DNA from: Tubiluchus corallicola
Taxonomy: Eukaryota; Animalia; Priapulida
Assembly: GCA_030141605.1 (NCBI GenBank)
Contig: JAQGDQ010001362.1
Location: 1 to 44,397, forward strand
DNA length: 44,397 bases
Direction: 5' to 3'
Shown here: in pieces, positions 41,201 to 44,397 of the stretch
Layout: each line of letters begins with the position of its first letter
Numbering within the stretch: position 1 is the stretch's first letter
The notes under the pieces: model-generated
What the model was told of the DNA's origin: nothing
The model's database searches: none
What the model saw: only the letters and a program-made list of their open reading frames with translations
Position numbers and translations under genes: made by a program

Positions 41201-44200
41201 GGTGTGGTGTGGTGCAGTGTGGTGTGATGTGGTGGAGTCGTATGGTGTGGGTGGTGTGGTGTGGTGTGTGGGTGGTGCGGTGTGCTGCAGCGGTATGGTG
41301 TGGTGCAGTGTGGTGTGTAGGTGGGTGGGTGGTGTGGTGCAGTGTGGTGTTATGGTGTGGTGCTGTGTGGTGTGGTGCAGTGTGGTGTTATGGTGTGGTG
41401 CTGTGCGGTGTGATGTGGTGGAGTATTATGGTGTGGGTGGTGTGGTGTGGTGTGTGGGTGGTGCAGTGGTATGGTGTGGTGCAGTGTGGTGTGATGTGGT
41501 GGAGTGGTGTGTAGGTGGTATGGTGTGGTGCAGTGTGGTGTGATGTGGTGGAGTGGTATGGTGTGGGTGGTGTGGTGTGTAGGTGGGTGGGTGGTGTGGT
41601 GCAGTGTGGTATTATGGTGTGGTGCTGTGCGGTGTGATGTGGTGGAGTGGTATGGTGTGGTGTGATGAGGTGGAGTGGTGTGGTGTGGGTTTTGTGTTGA
41701 TTTGTGCACAAAATTCTTTTTGTGGGGTTTGGCTAGTCTATATATTAATATTCTTGGTATATATATATATATATAAGATTCGAGGCTACAGCCCGGACGA
41801 GGGCACCATTTGCGGCGATCTATATATCAAACGAAAGGTCTCGATCTAGTGTCGTCTCATTGATGGTTTATTTTTCGAATCGGGCCCACCGGGAGGAACG
41901 GGGGGCGAAAAACCTCCAAAAATGGCCATTTTCGGCCGTTTTTTGCAAAAGTTATACGGCTGAGATGTAGAGAACGGGAACGGGCCGAGGGTGGTGCTGG
42001 GTATGGATAGATAGCCCGTTCAGCGGTGGGTGTAGTAGGCCTATTTAGAATTCGCGAGAGGGCCACGGCGCCCCGTAACGGGCGTTTTCCCGGACCCAAT
42101 TCGCGATTTTTTCGAAATTTTGACCAAACAGCATGCGGGAAAAACGTTCTAGCGGCGCCCGGTGGGACTCTCGGAAGGAGATATATAGCTCTTTACAAAG
42201 AGGAAGGACAGGGCTACACGATGATGTGGGCTATATGTTAGGGCAGGTCCACCGAGAGGAGTACCGACGAGTTAATTAGAGGTTCCATTTTCGGCAATTT
42301 TCGCTTAGAAAACTGTGACGCAAAGGCATTGTTGTGACGTCATCTATTGTATTCTACTCTGCTTATAACTTTAATTCAGCAAAAAGCTACAGGCTTTGCG
42401 TTAGTTAAACAAACAGTAGACACGATGTTACGGGCTTTGTGTTATAAATGTGGACTAGGTAGGATGTTCGCGTATTATTGATTACACGTGTATTTATACG
42501 CAAAATCTTTTGCGGGGCCTTTGCTATTTATTATATTATAGCACATAGTTTCAACTTTGTGAAAAATGTTTGGAATGGTTTTGTTGTAATGCTGTGCTGT
42601 TGGTGCTTGTGCTATAGGTGTTGTCAGTGGTGTTATGCGGTGCCAGTGGTGTTGTGCATTGTGTGTTGTGCTATGGTGCTGTGTGGTGTGATGTGGTGGG
42701 GTATGGTGTGGGTAGTGTGGTATGGGAGTGAGTGGCAGTGGTATGGTGTGGTGCAGTGTGGTGTGATGGGTGGAGTGGTGTGGTGCAGTGTGGTGTGATG
42801 TGGTGGAGTATTATGGTGTGGTGTGGTGTGTGGGTGGTGCAGTGTGCTGCAGCAGGGCGGTGGTGTGTAGGTGGGTGGGTGGTGTGGTGCAGTGTGGTGT
42901 GATGGTGTGGTGCTGTGTGGTGTGGTGTTATGGTGTGGTGTGTGTGGTGTGGTGTTATGGTGTGGTGCTGTGAGGTGTGATGTGGTGGAGTGGTATGGTG
43001 TGGGTGGTGTGGTGTGGTGGTGTGGTGTGGTGCAGTGGTATGGTGTGGTGCAGTGTGGTGTGATGTGGTGGAGTGGTATGGTGTGTGTGGTGTGATGTGG
43101 TGGAGTGGTATGGTGTGGTGCGGTGTGGTGGTATTGTGTGGTGCGATGAAGTGTAGTGTTATGGTGTGGTGCAGTGCGGTGTGATGAGGTGGAGTGGTGT
43201 GGTGTGGGTTGTGTGTTGATTTGTGCACAAAATTCTTTTTGTGGGGTTTGGCTAGTATATTAATATTCTTCTTGGTATATTTATATATATATAAGATTCG
43301 AGGCTACAGCCCAGACGAGGGCACCATTTGCGGCGATCTATATATCAAACGAAAGGTCTCGATCTAGTGTCATCTCATTGATGGTTTATTTTTCGAATCG
43401 GGCCCACCGGGAGGAACGGGGAGCGAAAAACCTCCAAAAATGGCCCTTTTTCGGCCGTTTTTTGCAAAAGTTATACGGCTGAGATGTAGAGAACGGGAAC
43501 GGGCCGAGGGGGGTACTGGGTATGGATAGATAGCCCGTTCAGCGGTGGGTGTCATAGGCCTATTTAGAATTCGCGAGAGGGCCACGGCGCCCCGCAACGG
43601 GCGTTTTCCCGGACCCAACTCGCGATTTTTTCGAAATTTTGACCAAACAGCCTGCGGGAAAAACGTTCTAGCGTCGCCTGGTGGGACTCTCGGAAAGAGA
43701 TATATGGCTCTTTAGAAAGAAGAAGAACGGGGCTACACGATGATGTGGGCTATATGTTAGGGCAGGTCCACCGAGAGGAGTATCAACGAGTTAGTTAGGA
43801 GTTCTATTTTCGGCAATTTTCGCTTAGAAAACTGCTGACGCAAAGGCATTGTTGTGACGTCATCCATTGTACTCTGTCTATAATCTTATAACTTCAATTC
43901 AGCAAAAAGCTACAGGCTTTGCGTTAGTTAAACAAACAGTAGACACGATGTTACGGGCTTTGTGTTATAAATGTGGACTAGGTAGGATGTTCGCGTATTA
44001 TTGATTACACGTGTATTTATACGCAAAATCTTTTGCTATTTATTATATTATAGCACATAGTTTCAACTTTGTGAAAAATGTTTGGAATGGTTTTGTTGCA
44101 ATGCTGTGCTATTGGTGCTTGTGCTATAGGTGTCATCATCGTTGCCACCATCATTATCATCATCATCAACATCATGATCACCACGTGAGGTGGTGGGTTT

Positions 44201-44397
44201 GATGTGGTGTGGTGGTGGTGTGCTTTGTGTGTTGTGCTATGGATGGTGTGGTGGGGTGATAGGGTGTGTGGGGTGTGGTGTGGGTAGTGTGGTATGGAGT
44301 GGGTGGCGTGGTGTGTGGGTGGGTGGGTGTTGTGGTGCAGTGCGGTGTGATGTGGTGGAGTATTATGGTGTGGGTGGTGTGTGGGTGGTGCGGTGTG
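38260..44397 (+). mobile_element. Head-to-tail array of non-autonomous Helitrons (3 full units plus 1 partial)
   Basis: A^TC 5' end at 38260. Units 38260-40123, 40124-41736, 41737-43255, 43256-end. Each full unit ends with hairpin CACAAAA-ttct-TTTTGTG, 8 nt, CTAG; junctions read CTAG|TCTATA (CTAG|TATAT for unit 4). Variable GT-rich internal tract. Confidence 0.85.

Noticed and set aside
39221-43228. Many W/C/G/V-rich or H/T/P-rich ORFs
   Set aside because: Translations of GT-rich low-complexity Helitron interior.
38260-44397. rDNA or snRNA tandem cluster interpretation
   Set aside because: No recognisable RNA gene; the termini fit a Helitron.

Overview
AT-rich, intron-containing eukaryotic DNA that looks like an invertebrate genome; the species cannot be determined from the sequence. 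Two divergently transcribed genes were reconstructed by hand from GT-AG splice sites and phase consistency. (1) Minus strand, 24247 to 6106: a 14-exon secreted animal heme peroxidase (~607 aa) with all catalytic motifs. Its exon 13 and preceding intron exist twice; the first copy is cut off by a 1.6-kb 56-bp satellite. (2) Plus strand, from 27629: the first five exons of a GPR158/CG31760-like class C GPCR ectodomain, continuing past the window. The rest is repeats: hAT, Harbinger, TTAA and TA MITEs, LINE/SINE remnants, foldback palindromes, micro- and minisatellites, and a head-to-tail array of non-autonomous Helitrons (38260 to the end). The most striking observations are several tandem repeats built from amplified exon-intron junctions (decoy splice-site arrays in both genes) and an apparent snapshot of Helitron 3'-terminator bypass. 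Most entries in the supplied ORF track are artefacts of repeats.
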